DNA of 57,539 bases from NCBI GenBank assembly GCA_046759445.1, contig JBHICG010000015.1, positions 1 through 57,539 on the forward strand, written 5' to 3'. This stretch comes from Candidatus Scalinduaceae bacterium (GTDB taxonomy: Bacteria > Planctomycetota > Brocadiia > Brocadiales > Scalinduaceae). Below, piece after piece: positions 29,817 to 39,139 of the stretch. The notes under the pieces were generated by a model. It did no database searches and was not told where the DNA came from. It saw nothing but the letters and a program-made list of their open reading frames with translations. The position numbers and the translations under genes were made by a program. Numbering within the stretch: position 1 is the first letter of the stretch; every line of letters begins with the position of its first letter.

Positions 29817-30800
29817 GTGCTGAAGGGTGTAATATTTTTACTGAAAATGCTTAACAATTTCACATTTGCAAAGTTTAGATTTACTTTAAAGGCAATGGAA
29901 GAAATCCTATTCCCCTCTTACAAGGGAGCTGTATTCAGGGGTGGCTTTGGATATACCTTTAAAAAAGTTGTATGCATTCAACGTGGAAAGAAAGAGTGTT
30001 CAGAATGTATTCTGCACAATAAATGCGTTTACAGTTACATCTTTGAGACAGCTCCACCTGAAGATACAAAGGTACTAAAATTGTACAAAACAGTACCACA
30101 TCCTTTTGTCATTGAACCACCATTGAGTGATGACAGGGTAACCAAAAAAGATGAAAGAATCTCATTCAATCTAATCTTAATTGGTAAGGCAGTTGATTAC
30201 CTACCATACTTTATATTTACGTTTACCGAATTGGGTAAACAGGGAATCGGTAAGAATCGAAGTAAATTTACTTTAGAGAAGGTTGAAAGTCTGGATATAA
30301 ATAGTGAGAGTAAGATTATTTATGAGTACAACACCGATATGCTTCAAAACAATTATTCTTTATTGGAGGCTTCACAGTTAAATCATACAGAATCCAAAAA
30401 AGATAGTAGCCAGGTTGAGTTAAGATTTTTAACCCCATTTCGGGTTCGGTTTGATGGGAAGATAACTGATAATATTGAATTTCATGTAATGTTTAGAAAT
30501 CTCCTTCGCAGAGTATCATCGCTATCATATTTTCACTGTGGTAAGGAGTTAGAATGTGACTTCAAATCATATATTGAAGAAGCAAAGAAAATTAAAACTA
30601 TATCTAATGATTTACAGTGGTTTGATTGGGAGCGCTATTCCACCAGACAGAAGCAGAGGATGAATCTAGGCGGAGTTCTAGGAACTACCAAATTTGGAGG
30701 CAACCTAGAACCATTTTTACAGTTTCTTAGATTAGGTGAGCATATTCATGTGGGTAAAGGGACGAGTTTTGGCCTGGGGAGATATAAAATTTTAAATTAG
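29817..30800 (+). CDS. cas6: CRISPR-associated endoribonuclease Cas6 (probable start ATG 29847)
   Basis: YKGAVFRGGFG, CxxC..C.Y.YIFE, PHPFVIEPP, FLTPFR, WFDWERYS, GKGTSFGLG. Confidence 0.95.
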   Translation: MLKGVIFLLKMLNNFTFAKFRFTLKAMEEILFPSYKGAVFRGGFGYTFKKVVCIQRGKKECSECILHNKCVYSYIFETAPPEDTKVLKLYKTVPHPFVIEPPLSDDRVTKKDERISFNLILIGKAVDYLPYFIFTFTELGKQGIGKNRSKFTLEKVESLDINSESKIIYEYNTDMLQNNYSLLEASQLNHTESKKDSSQVELRFLTPFRVRFDGKITDNIEFHVMFRNLLRRVSSLSYFHCGKELECDFKSYIEEAKKIKTISNDLQWFDWERYSTRQKQRMNLGGVLGTTKFGGNLEPFLQFLRLGEHIHVGKGTSFGLGRYKILN

Positions 30801-30830
30801 AATAAAACTTACAAATAGGAAAAATAAAAT

Positions 30831-32663
30831 ATGACAAAGGAATTAATTCCAGAACTACATGATGTTTTGAAGCTCACAACACTAAAACATAACTTTTCTG
30901 ATTTCGACAAGTTTTTATCATATTCACCCAAAACACGAACTTGGGATGGCGTTTTACAACATCACTGTAGTAGTAAAAAAGAAGAATTTCCTGCCTATCC
31001 AACTGATATTGAAACCTTCCTGCTACATTTGGCAGATGGTATGGCGGCAGGTTTTTCAAGACATAATCAAAGTTATGAAGGAGAGTCTTCTTTTATATTA
31101 CATAAATTGTGGAACCCATCTTCTGTAAATAAAGATACGCGCTTGGACAAAGAGGAGGAAATTATTAAATTATTAAGTTTTTATGCAAAAGACCCCACCT
31201 TTAATGAATTAATTGCAAAATACGGTAACGTTATTAGGTCAAGACCAGAGGATGCTCATGCTGGAATGAATATCACAAGTTTACATTCTCACCTGGTGCT
31301 GACAGGGAAATTTTATAGGTTATTTAAAAATTCATCTTTTTGGCCTATTGATGCACGTGAGGTAGAACCTGATGTTAAAAAGATTTCTGCACTAAGAGAT
31401 AACAAGGTAAAGACTTGGCAGATTTATCTAGCACGTTGCAGATTTCACTTTAATCAAAAACCATTTAGAGTGCGAGATATGAATGTTTTCGAACTACTCC
31501 AAGAGAATATGTCAAAGATTCAAAAGGAGTTCTACGACAATATTCTTTTTGCAAGTAGTGATGAGATATTGATTTGTTATGATGACCCCTCTGTTCTGCA
31601 AAGAATATGCTCTATTGCAAGAGATAGTAGTCTATGGACAACAACCATTTGGACAAAAAAGACAATTGAACAAATGAATGGTGAAATCAAACAGAAACGT
31701 AAACCAGACCCAAGGTTGTTAACCTTACATAAAGTGGAACATATTTATGAAAAATTACCTGCTCACATAAAGCCACCAATCTGTGAAATCTGTCAAATGG
31801 CACCTGCAGATAAGGTTTGGCCGACTGATTATCTTTTGCAATACGAAGAGGAGATTGACGATGATGAGGCCGCAATAGAGAATTTGTGCACAACATGTTT
31901 TTCCATCCGCAACCGTCCTTCGAGATTAAAGAAGTTAAAAAGATGGACTGAAACAGAAAATACATCAATTATTTGGATTAAAATAAATCTTGACTATGAA
32001 CTGTTGACGAACACCCTGGAAGAGCTTTATTCAAACTATCTGTCAAAAACTAATCCTAAGGCTGGTGATAGTAGAGCAGAGGTAAGGTTCTCTTTAATAT
32101 TTGAGTTTCAACATGATTATAATGAATTCTTGGTGAATTTTCGAAATAGTTTATTAAAAACATTTAGTGGGGAAAATGTAGAAATAGTTTTGGACGAAAT
32201 GTACTGTTTAAAAGCACAAAAAACAAACGACGTTTTTAAAATTTTGGACTTAATTAATATACATTTAGACAGTTTCTTTCCAGAGTTTAAAAAGTTGATG
32301 GATGGACCAATAAAGTTTTCTATTGTATCATGTAATTCAAAATTTCCTTTTTTTGAAATATGGAAAAATATTGAAGCACAAATATCTAACTTACAGATAT
32401 CACTTATTGGTCGTGGGAAGATAGAAACATCTCTTATGTATCTAGACCAGTTACTTCTTGCCAGTGAGAAGTCATACAGAAAGAGTGCCCTTTTTAAGCT
32501 AGCTCAGATTTCCAAACTATCTGAGAAATTGGCTGAATTAAAATTTAATGATAGCTCAGAAAAAGCGGACTTCAAAAGTTACGAAGTATTAAAAAGAAAT
32601 TTGTTACCTTTGGGTATGGACTTTGAAGGAATTCTAACCTTTGCTAAACTGGTCGAAGATTAA
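30831..32663 (+). CDS. cas10: Compact Cas10 large subunit with N-terminal HD domain and degenerate Palm2 (no GGDD); type III-F-like
   Basis: LHDVLK...QHH...LADGMAAG (HD); TSLHSHL..T; Zn finger CEIC...CTTC; Palm positions read ASSDE and VLDE instead of GGDD. Confidence 0.8.
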   Translation: MTKELIPELHDVLKLTTLKHNFSDFDKFLSYSPKTRTWDGVLQHHCSSKKEEFPAYPTDIETFLLHLADGMAAGFSRHNQSYEGESSFILHKLWNPSSVNKDTRLDKEEEIIKLLSFYAKDPTFNELIAKYGNVIRSRPEDAHAGMNITSLHSHLVLTGKFYRLFKNSSFWPIDAREVEPDVKKISALRDNKVKTWQIYLARCRFHFNQKPFRVRDMNVFELLQENMSKIQKEFYDNILFASSDEILICYDDPSVLQRICSIARDSSLWTTTIWTKKTIEQMNGEIKQKRKPDPRLLTLHKVEHIYEKLPAHIKPPICEICQMAPADKVWPTDYLLQYEEEIDDDEAAIENLCTTCFSIRNRPSRLKKLKRWTETENTSIIWIKINLDYELLTNTLEELYSNYLSKTNPKAGDSRAEVRFSLIFEFQHDYNEFLVNFRNSLLKTFSGENVEIVLDEMYCLKAQKTNDVFKILDLINIHLDSFFPEFKKLMDGPIKFSIVSCNSKFPFFEIWKNIEAQISNLQISLIGRGKIETSLMYLDQLLLASEKSYRKSALFKLAQISKLSEKLAELKFNDSSEKADFKSYEVLKRNLLPLGMDFEGILTFAKLVED

Positions 32664-32665
32664 AA

Positions 32666-33274
32666 ATGCCATTTATTGAATACAAACTTACATCAGATAT
32701 ACTTTACCTGGGAGATAGGTCAAAAGGAGGTATTTTTAAGCCGTGTGTCTACACAATTCCATTTAGTCAGATTAGTGGAGCTCTCAATTCCAAGTTTGGA
32801 TTAAAAGAAGTTAAGGCCGTAGGGTATTTGCTAAACAATTCGGGCTTTAATAGGAGAGATTATTTGATTTACTCGCCACGTGATAGAAACTCTGGTACAA
32901 GTAAAGTACCTCTTCAGGTAGAATTTATAACTAATGTTATGGGAAAAGTCTTTATTCTGAAAAACAATGAGACAAAAAAGTTCCCTGAAAGATTTGAAAT
33001 TTCGATGGGCGGTCTGAGGTCAAAGGGATTTGGCAGATGTTATATGGCAAAGCAACAAATGTTGCAGGAAAGTGAAGTGGCAAAAGGCGAGCTAAATGTT
33101 AGGATTCCATTAGAAGAGCAAAGTACATTTAACATAAGGAAGGTAGAAAGGCCAGTTTATGGATATCTCTTTAAACCTATACCAAATACATTTACAGGTA
33201 ATTATGTCTTGTCAGTTTTTGAAGGAAGTGAGGTTATAGCACCTAAGTTTCTTGTTAAGGATGAGAGGAGATAG
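32666..33274 (+). CDS. cas5: Cas5-group RAMP (Csm4-like)
   Basis: N-terminal strand + IPFSQISGAL helix; G-rich loop MGGLRSKGFG; position between cas10 and the small subunit. Confidence 0.72.
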   Translation: MPFIEYKLTSDILYLGDRSKGGIFKPCVYTIPFSQISGALNSKFGLKEVKAVGYLLNNSGFNRRDYLIYSPRDRNSGTSKVPLQVEFITNVMGKVFILKNNETKKFPERFEISMGGLRSKGFGRCYMAKQQMLQESEVAKGELNVRIPLEEQSTFNIRKVERPVYGYLFKPIPNTFTGNYVLSVFEGSEVIAPKFLVKDERR

Positions 33275-33277
33275 AAG

Positions 33278-33574
33278 ATGGATACTATTCAAAGGTTGAT
33301 GAAAGAAATAAAAGCTGATAGAGAGGTGCAAAACTGCAGATATTTTACTTCAAATTTCTTGAACAATGTTGCTGATGTCTTTGAAAAGCACGGCTTTGGA
33401 GTCACAAAGGTCTTTTTAATAGAAAAGAAAGTCCGCCGTGAACTTAAGTGGCAAGCTACAGCCTTATTGTCAGTTTTAAATATACTCGATGGGAGTGAAG
33501 AAGTAAAACAGAAAAGAAGTATTGGACGCTGTATTATAAAGGCTCTGGAAACTATTAAATCTAAGGAGGTGTAA
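33278..33574 (+). CDS. Putative small subunit (Cas11-like), 98 aa helical
   Basis: Size, basic helical composition and position between cas5 and cas7; translationally coupled. Confidence 0.6.
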   Translation: MDTIQRLMKEIKADREVQNCRYFTSNFLNNVADVFEKHGFGVTKVFLIEKKVRRELKWQATALLSVLNILDGSEEVKQKRSIGRCIIKALETIKSKEV

Positions 33575-33575
33575 T

Positions 33576-34361
33576 ATGTTAAAGGAAAAAACTTTTGAAA
33601 TAACTATTACAGCAAAGGAACCTTTAAGAATAGGAGGTAAAGAAGACCCTCTTTCGGGGGCAGATAACCCTGTAACTCATGTAGGAGGGAAGCTGGTAAT
33701 ACCAGGTTCGTCGCTAAAGGGCGCATTACGGACGGAGATTGAAAGGTTTTTCATTGATTCATATTATTCAAATGGTAAGTGGAAAGAGGGTTTTGAGTAC
33801 TTCAAGCCCTGCATTCCATCTGATAAGTTATCAGCTGATGAAGAACGATTAGTTGAAGCAGGAAAATACCGAGACCAGGGAGGTAATTGCAGATATCCAT
33901 GTAACGACAAAAAATGTGGTAATAACAAAAGCCATTCAATATGTCCTGTTTGTTATTTGTTAGGGTCTATGGGGTTAAATGGATTTGTTAAAGTTCCATT
34001 CTTGTACGCAGAAACTTCTATAAATGAATTGTATTCTTCTAGGATAGATAGGGCTACCAAAACAATTTCTCGTGGAAGTAATAGACCGTATGAGCTTGTA
34101 CCAGATGGTTCTGTTTTTAATGGGACATTGACAGTTTTGTTAGAGGACACAATTCTGAACTGGAAGTTAGGAGAATCAAGAAATCTTGGCGAAGCTAGAA
34201 CACTAGGTGATAAGTGGTTGGAAGACAATAAGGGAAAGGTAAACAACAAAAAACAGGAAGAGTTTATAAGCATGTATATTTTGGAAAGATTAAAGTCAAT
34301 CAATGTACTTGGTGGTTACAAATCAAAAGGGTTTGGTTTGGTACAAATTTCAGCCTCATAA
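33576..34361 (+). CDS. cas7: Cas7-group RAMP (Csm3-like)
   Basis: PLRIGG...GADNPV (catalytic-Asp position), IPGSSLKGALR, CPVCYLLGS, LGGYKSKGFG. Confidence 0.92.
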   Translation: MLKEKTFEITITAKEPLRIGGKEDPLSGADNPVTHVGGKLVIPGSSLKGALRTEIERFFIDSYYSNGKWKEGFEYFKPCIPSDKLSADEERLVEAGKYRDQGGNCRYPCNDKKCGNNKSHSICPVCYLLGSMGLNGFVKVPFLYAETSINELYSSRIDRATKTISRGSNRPYELVPDGSVFNGTLTVLLEDTILNWKLGESRNLGEARTLGDKWLEDNKGKVNNKKQEEFISMYILERLKSINVLGGYKSKGFGLVQISAS

Positions 34362-34367
34362 AACATG

Positions 34368-34785
34368 CGCTAGAACATTGACCTGATTAAAAAGGGATTG
34401 CGACTCACCTGGTTAAATACAGGTGGAGACTTAGACATGGATTTGGGGTTTGAAAACGTGACCTGATTAAAAAGGGATTGCGACAATAGTTGTTTATTGT
34501 ACATGAGCGTTTCCACATCGGCAGTTTGAAAACGTGACCTGATTAAAAAGGGATTGCGACCAATACTCACAAGATTTTATAACTGGAGGCATAATAGGTT
34601 TGAAAACGTGACCTGATTAAAAAGGGATTGCGACGACAATATGACCCTACTGGGACATTTTCCATTCTCATGTTTGAAAACGTGACCTGATTAAAAAGGG
34701 ATTGAAACTTTTGTTATTTGGTATGTTCTTGACATAGTTAGTTGTAACTATGAGAACATCGACCTGATTGAAAAGGGACGGAAAA
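34368..34785 (+). CRISPR. CRISPR mini-array: 6 repeats of 37 nt (GTTTGAAAACGTGACCTGATTAAAAAGGGATTGCGAC) and 5 spacers (43, 39, 37, 37, 40 nt)
   Basis: Repeats at 34368, 34448, 34524, 34598, 34672, 34749; first and last degenerate; 3' ATTG(CG/AA)AC handle implies + orientation. Confidence 0.95.
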
Positions 34786-34913
34786 TAATTAACAATGATG
34801 AAATGATCAATTAAGAATTAAGAACGGAAGTAGTATGAATAGGAATTTTGGGCGAAAACAAGGTCATCCATGATAAGTAATGTCAAAGGGGAAATAGACA
34901 CAGAATTTAATAC

Positions 34914-34993
34914 AAATCAATCCTTGCTTAAGGAGCAAAATAATAAGTTAATTGAGAAACCGAATTATAAGTTAGTCGAAATCACAAAAAACC
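34914..34993. repeat. Intergenic module A, copy 1 (copies at 37336-37415 and partial 38608-38630)
   Basis: aaatcaatccttgcttaagg...aataataagttaattgagaaaccgaattataagttag...aatcacaaaaaacc. Confidence 0.85.
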
Positions 34994-35174
34994 TTCTCAC
35001 TATATTGCAGAAATGGTACAAAAATGTGGGAACGAAGAAAAAGTAAAATTAATCTTACAAGAACACTTGATATCGGGAAAAGCTTTTGAGTATATGAAAG
35101 AAGATGATTTTGATAACTTTATAGTTGAAAGAGAAAATACAATTAAACAACATATAAAAAATATATATTTATAA
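34986..35174 (+). pseudogene. 3'-end remnant resembling the C-terminus of DUF262-family (GmrSD-like) proteins
   Basis: KKPSHYIAEM...LQEHLI...EDDFDNFIVERENTIKQHIKNIYL*, no matching 5' part. Confidence 0.5.
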
Positions 35175-35447
35175 GATTCCAGCGAAATAAATTCCAATAA
35201 ACCAATAGATTATAATAGACACTTATTAAGGTTTGCCACTAACCTTGATTGTATTAAAAATAGAGAAGGTGATCGTTAAAAAAGTATTATGCCCGATCTA
35301 CGGTTTATATAAATAGTGTCCCTAATTATCGCTAATTATTGTCGAAGAAGTCAAAGTCCAAAAATTGCAATGAGCAGAAAACAAAATGAAACTTGATAAA
35401 TATTTTAACAACCTTATCCGAAGAGTATTTACAGGAAGAAATGTACT

Positions 35448-36059
35448 TTGAGATTTGAAGAATTTGAAGAACTGCATTACATAACACCGATTGAGAATAT
35501 GAAATCAATTTGTACCGTTGGAATCTTATCTCATCAAAAAGTCCAAAGAATTCAACATAAATCTGTTGCAATGAATAAAATTCAGCAGAGACGCAAAAAG
35601 ATTATTGTACCCGATAAAAAAGGTAATCGACCGCTTCATCAATATGTAAACCTCTATTTTCATGCAAGAAATCCAATGATGTTCAAAAGAAAGGACAGAC
35701 ATAAAGAATTATGTGTTGTAAGAATAAGTAAAGATATTTTAAAAGCTTCTGGGGTCGTTATTGCAGATGGGAATGCTTCAAGCGACTATGTTCGTTTCGC
35801 ACCTTCACCAAATGGTCTAAGAATGATAGATAAAGAACTCGTTTTTGCAAAATACTGGAACCATGCAGACCCAATAGAGAAATTCAGACATACTTTCATT
35901 AAATGTGCCGAGGTTTTAGTGCCGGACAAAGTACCAAAAGAATATCTACTTGGAGCTTATGTTTCATGTTCGGAAAGCAAAAAACAGCTTTATGATATTA
36001 TTGTTGCTATTAAAATAAATTTTGATATAAAAGTTGACCCTGACTTATTCTTTTTGTGA
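35448..36059 (+). CDS. darT: DarT DNA ADP-ribosyltransferase toxin (DUF4433)
   Basis: LHYITPIENMKSI...GILS, LHQYVNLYFHARNPMMF, ADGNASS, AEVLVP. Confidence 0.88.
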   Translation: MRFEEFEELHYITPIENMKSICTVGILSHQKVQRIQHKSVAMNKIQQRRKKIIVPDKKGNRPLHQYVNLYFHARNPMMFKRKDRHKELCVVRISKDILKASGVVIADGNASSDYVRFAPSPNGLRMIDKELVFAKYWNHADPIEKFRHTFIKCAEVLVPDKVPKEYLLGAYVSCSESKKQLYDIIVAIKINFDIKVDPDLFFL

Positions 36060-36069
36060 GAGGTTTAAA

Positions 36070-37191
36070 ATGATAAAAGTTTTAGTTGGTGATTTATTTC
36101 AATCAAAATGCCAAACCCATGTAAATACAGTTAACACAGTAGGAATAATGGGTAAAGGAGTAGCGCTAGAATTTAAAAAGCGTTTTCCTGAAATGTTTGA
36201 AGATTATAAAAAACGTTGTGACAAGGGATTAGTCAAGCTTGGTGAACCTTATTTGTATAAGAGACTTGTGCCACCTTGGATACTGAACTTTCCTACAAAA
36301 GAACATTGGCGCTCTGTATCTAAATTAACGGACATAATTCAAGGCTTGAAATACCTTGAGCAACATTATCAGGAATGGGGGATAATTTCTATAGCATTGC
36401 CTCCACTTGGATGTGGTCATGGACAACTTGAATGGAGGATTGTCGGGCCAACACTTTATAGACACATGAAGCGTCTTAATATTCCTGTAGAACTCTATGC
36501 CCCGCTTGGAACTTCTGCTGGAGAATTAACAGCAGAAGTTCTTTCTAAAGATGCAACACAATTAGTTGAAGCAGGGACTTTTGTAAACAATAAAATAGAA
36601 CCAGGTTTAATTGCGATTGTAGTAGTACTTTCAAGGATTGAAAGAGAACCTTATCATTGGCCTATTGGACGGACAATGTTCCAAAAGATTGCCTATTTTG
36701 CAACTGAACTTGGTTTGCGCACCGGACTAAAATATGTTCGGAGCAGCTTTGGCCCCTTTGACTCAAATTTAAAATCTAAAATAACTAAACTTGTTAATAA
36801 TGGTCTTATTAGAGAAGAAAAACTTGGAAGGATGTTCAGTGTTAAAATTGGGCCGACTTATAAAGACGCAATCAGAATTTACAAAAAAGAAATTGAAGAT
36901 GTCCAGCCAATCATTGAACAGTTAACAGACCTCTTTCTTAGAATGAATACCACTCATCAAGCTGAACTTGCAGCTACAGTTCATTTTGCAACACAGAACA
37001 TTCAAAAAGAATTTAAGAACAAACCATCAGAAGTAGATGTTCTGAAGGCAGTTATGGATTGGAAACGACGCAGACACCCTCCTCTTGTTAAAGTTGAAGT
37101 TGCACAAACAATCCGAAACCTTGCTTCATTAGGATTACTAGCAGTAAAACCGAGTAAGGACTTGCCTGTACATGATGAAGTTTCAGTTTAA
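36070..37191 (+). CDS. darG: DarG macrodomain antitoxin
   Basis: GDLFQS...VNTVNTVGIMGKGVALEFKKRFP, NFPTKEHWR, SIALPPLGCGHG; C-terminal QKIAYF...FGPF...ELAATVHF. Confidence 0.92.
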   Translation: MIKVLVGDLFQSKCQTHVNTVNTVGIMGKGVALEFKKRFPEMFEDYKKRCDKGLVKLGEPYLYKRLVPPWILNFPTKEHWRSVSKLTDIIQGLKYLEQHYQEWGIISIALPPLGCGHGQLEWRIVGPTLYRHMKRLNIPVELYAPLGTSAGELTAEVLSKDATQLVEAGTFVNNKIEPGLIAIVVVLSRIEREPYHWPIGRTMFQKIAYFATELGLRTGLKYVRSSFGPFDSNLKSKITKLVNNGLIREEKLGRMFSVKIGPTYKDAIRIYKKEIEDVQPIIEQLTDLFLRMNTTHQAELAATVHFATQNIQKEFKNKPSEVDVLKAVMDWKRRRHPPLVKVEVAQTIRNLASLGLLAVKPSKDLPVHDEVSV

Positions 37192-37256
37192 ATATGGATT
37201 CGACAAACACCCATCGGACTTGCAAGACACTCATTGACAAATGATTCAATCTCATC

Positions 37257-37324
37257 AGGCCCGTTTATGGCTGATATACTATCAGCGAGTGATCTTCGAT
37301 CAGGTTGCAGGGGCCATCTTTGAT
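37257..37324. repeat. Intergenic module B, structured 68-bp repeat (second copy 37874-37941)
   Basis: 3 differences in 68 nt; outer stem GGCCC/GGGCC with inner hairpins GCTGATA/TATCAGC and TGATC/GATCA. Confidence 0.85.
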
Positions 37325-37435
37325 AGAGTAAATATAAATCAATCCTTGCTTAAGGCGAAAAATAATAAGTTAATTGAGAAACCGAATTATAAGTTAGGCA
37401 TAATCACAAAAAACCAATAAGGAGAGGATGAAAAA

Positions 37436-37840
37436 ATGTCAGTACTGATTGAAGAACTTAAGAAGGACCATTCCGAAATCGTTGCCGTACTCAACGAAGT
37501 CAAAGAACTTGGTATTCTTTCAAAAGAAGGACAAGCCAAGCTCTTGTCTGCAAAAGAGCATTTGCTTACACATCTCAATAAGGAAGACGAGCAACTTTAT
37601 CCGCTTCTCAGAAAAAAAGCAGAAAAAAATAAGCAACTGAAGAATGCATTAGATTTATGCGCAATCGATATGGAGAATGTCTCAAGAGTTGTGCAAGGAT
37701 TCTTTGATAAATATTCTAGAGGAGTAATTCCAGACACTGAGCTTCAAAAAGAGTTTGAAAACCTTTTCGTAGCTCTTGGTAAAAGGATAAGTAACGAAGA
37801 AGACATTCTCTATGATGAGTATGAATGGGTGAATCAATAA
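37436..37840 (+). CDS. Hemerythrin-like (HHE) protein
   Basis: LKKDH...HLNKED..LYP...RISNEE..LY. Confidence 0.75.
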   Translation: MSVLIEELKKDHSEIVAVLNEVKELGILSKEGQAKLLSAKEHLLTHLNKEDEQLYPLLRKKAEKNKQLKNALDLCAIDMENVSRVVQGFFDKYSRGVIPDTELQKEFENLFVALGKRISNEEDILYDEYEWVNQ

Positions 37841-38029
37841 TATGTTGTGATATTGTCTTGCTTAACACCTATAAGGCCCGTTTATGGCTGATATACTATC
37901 AGCGAGTGATCTTAGATCAGGTTACAGGGGCTATCTTTGATGCGTAAGTATGACAGACCATTAAAAAAACACAGGGAGAAGGAATTGAAAGAAACTAGGA
38001 ATGAAGGGAAGGGTTTGTAGCAAAGATAT

Positions 38030-38560
38030 ATGCGGTATTCTGTAACTGAAGCAAGAGCAGTTATTGAACAATTAAGAAAATGTTCAATCAGCGATCTTGA
38101 TACGTTATTTAATGTAGGAACTTTGCCAATGTTTGAAGAACTTGAAGGTGAAACTGCAGGTGCTATCCTTGCTTTGAATCCAAGAAATCCCTGGTGGTTA
38201 ATGTGTATGATTAAAATTTTATTTAAAAGTCCATTGGGACAATGGACTGGCAAAAAGTTTCTTACTTCATTTGATAAAAGAAAGAATGGTTATGGCATTA
38301 ATTTGTTTAAAAGTAAATTTATACCCTGCCTTTTTAAGTTTGACACCTACATTAAAAATGCATACGTTGACGATAAACCTTGTCTTGCTTTAGATTACAG
38401 AGCGCATCATTCATTGATCTTTGGGTTGGTAGATGATGTAAGGAAAATCAAAGATGGACTAGTATTAGGACAAACGTATTATAAGTTTCCGTGGAGAAAG
38501 CAAATGTGTTTTGTAGGATACTTTGTTCTATGTGCCCTCAACAAAGACAAAATAATGTAA
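38030..38560 (+). CDS. Hypothetical protein
   Basis: 176-aa ORF with plausible composition (WTGKKF, LDY, DDVRKI..GLVLG). Confidence 0.6.
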   Translation: MRYSVTEARAVIEQLRKCSISDLDTLFNVGTLPMFEELEGETAGAILALNPRNPWWLMCMIKILFKSPLGQWTGKKFLTSFDKRKNGYGINLFKSKFIPCLFKFDTYIKNAYVDDKPCLALDYRAHHSLIFGLVDDVRKIKDGLVLGQTYYKFPWRKQMCFVGYFVLCALNKDKIM

Positions 38561-38740
38561 ATAATAAAATAATAGTGACCCGCCAAACTAATCGTTGCGC
38601 TAGTCATAATATAAATCAATCCTTGCTTAAAAAGAAAAGTAGTGGTAAATATAAAAGCAATTAAAAGATTCTAATAAGAAAGAAAGAGGTTACGACTGTG
38701 AGGCGAGTGATGAAGGAGGAGAGACGAGAAAGGAGGGAAG

Positions 38741-39139
38741 ATGGACGAAGGAAAAGAAACGAGGAGGATAAACAGTGTGAGGGATTTAGAGGTGTATAAG
38801 TTGTCGTTTGAATCTGCAATGAAAATATTTGAGATATCGAAAAGTTTCCCTAAGGAGGAGATATATTCCTTAACCGACCAAATACGTAGATCGTCAAGAT
38901 CAGTATGTGTTAATCTTGCAGAAGGCTGGAGAAAACGTAGATATAAGGCTGTATTCGTTAATAAATTAACAGATGCAGAACAAGAAGCGTCAGAAACTCA
39001 AACGTGGTTGGAGTTTGCATTGAAGTGCAAATATATTAACAATGAAACATATAAAATATTGGACGAAAAGTATGAGCATATTTTTGCAAAGCTTATTACG
39101 ATGGAACGAAAAGCAGACTCGTTCTGTAAAGTTAGCTGA
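38741..39139 (+). CDS. Four-helix-bundle protein (23S rRNA IVP family)
   Basis: RDLEVYK...FPKEEIYSLTDQIRRSSRSVCVNLAEG...EASETQTWL; flanked by purine-rich and pyrimidine-rich short repeats. Confidence 0.92.
   Translation: MDEGKETRRINSVRDLEVYKLSFESAMKIFEISKSFPKEEIYSLTDQIRRSSRSVCVNLAEGWRKRRYKAVFVNKLTDAEQEASETQTWLEFALKCKYINNETYKILDEKYEHIFAKLITMERKADSFCKVS

Noticed and set aside
30831..32663. Calling the system type I-D or III-A
   Set aside because: No cas3 in the window and Cas7 is Csm3-like (against I-D); no GGDD, no csm5 and no csm6 (against III-A)
34370..34570. 66-aa minus-strand ORF
   Set aside because: It is the antisense translation of CRISPR repeats and spacers
34405..34748. Self-targeting spacers or spacer strand bias
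   Set aside because: No match to the window noticed by eye; open frames in 37-43 nt spacers are not discriminating
37257..37941. Integron attC sites
   Set aside because: No paired RYYYAAC/GTTRRRY ends on either strand and no integrase in the window
38741..39139. DGR accessory avd gene
   Set aside because: Same fold family, but no adjacent reverse transcriptase or template repeat; it is the common stand-alone four-helix-bundle type
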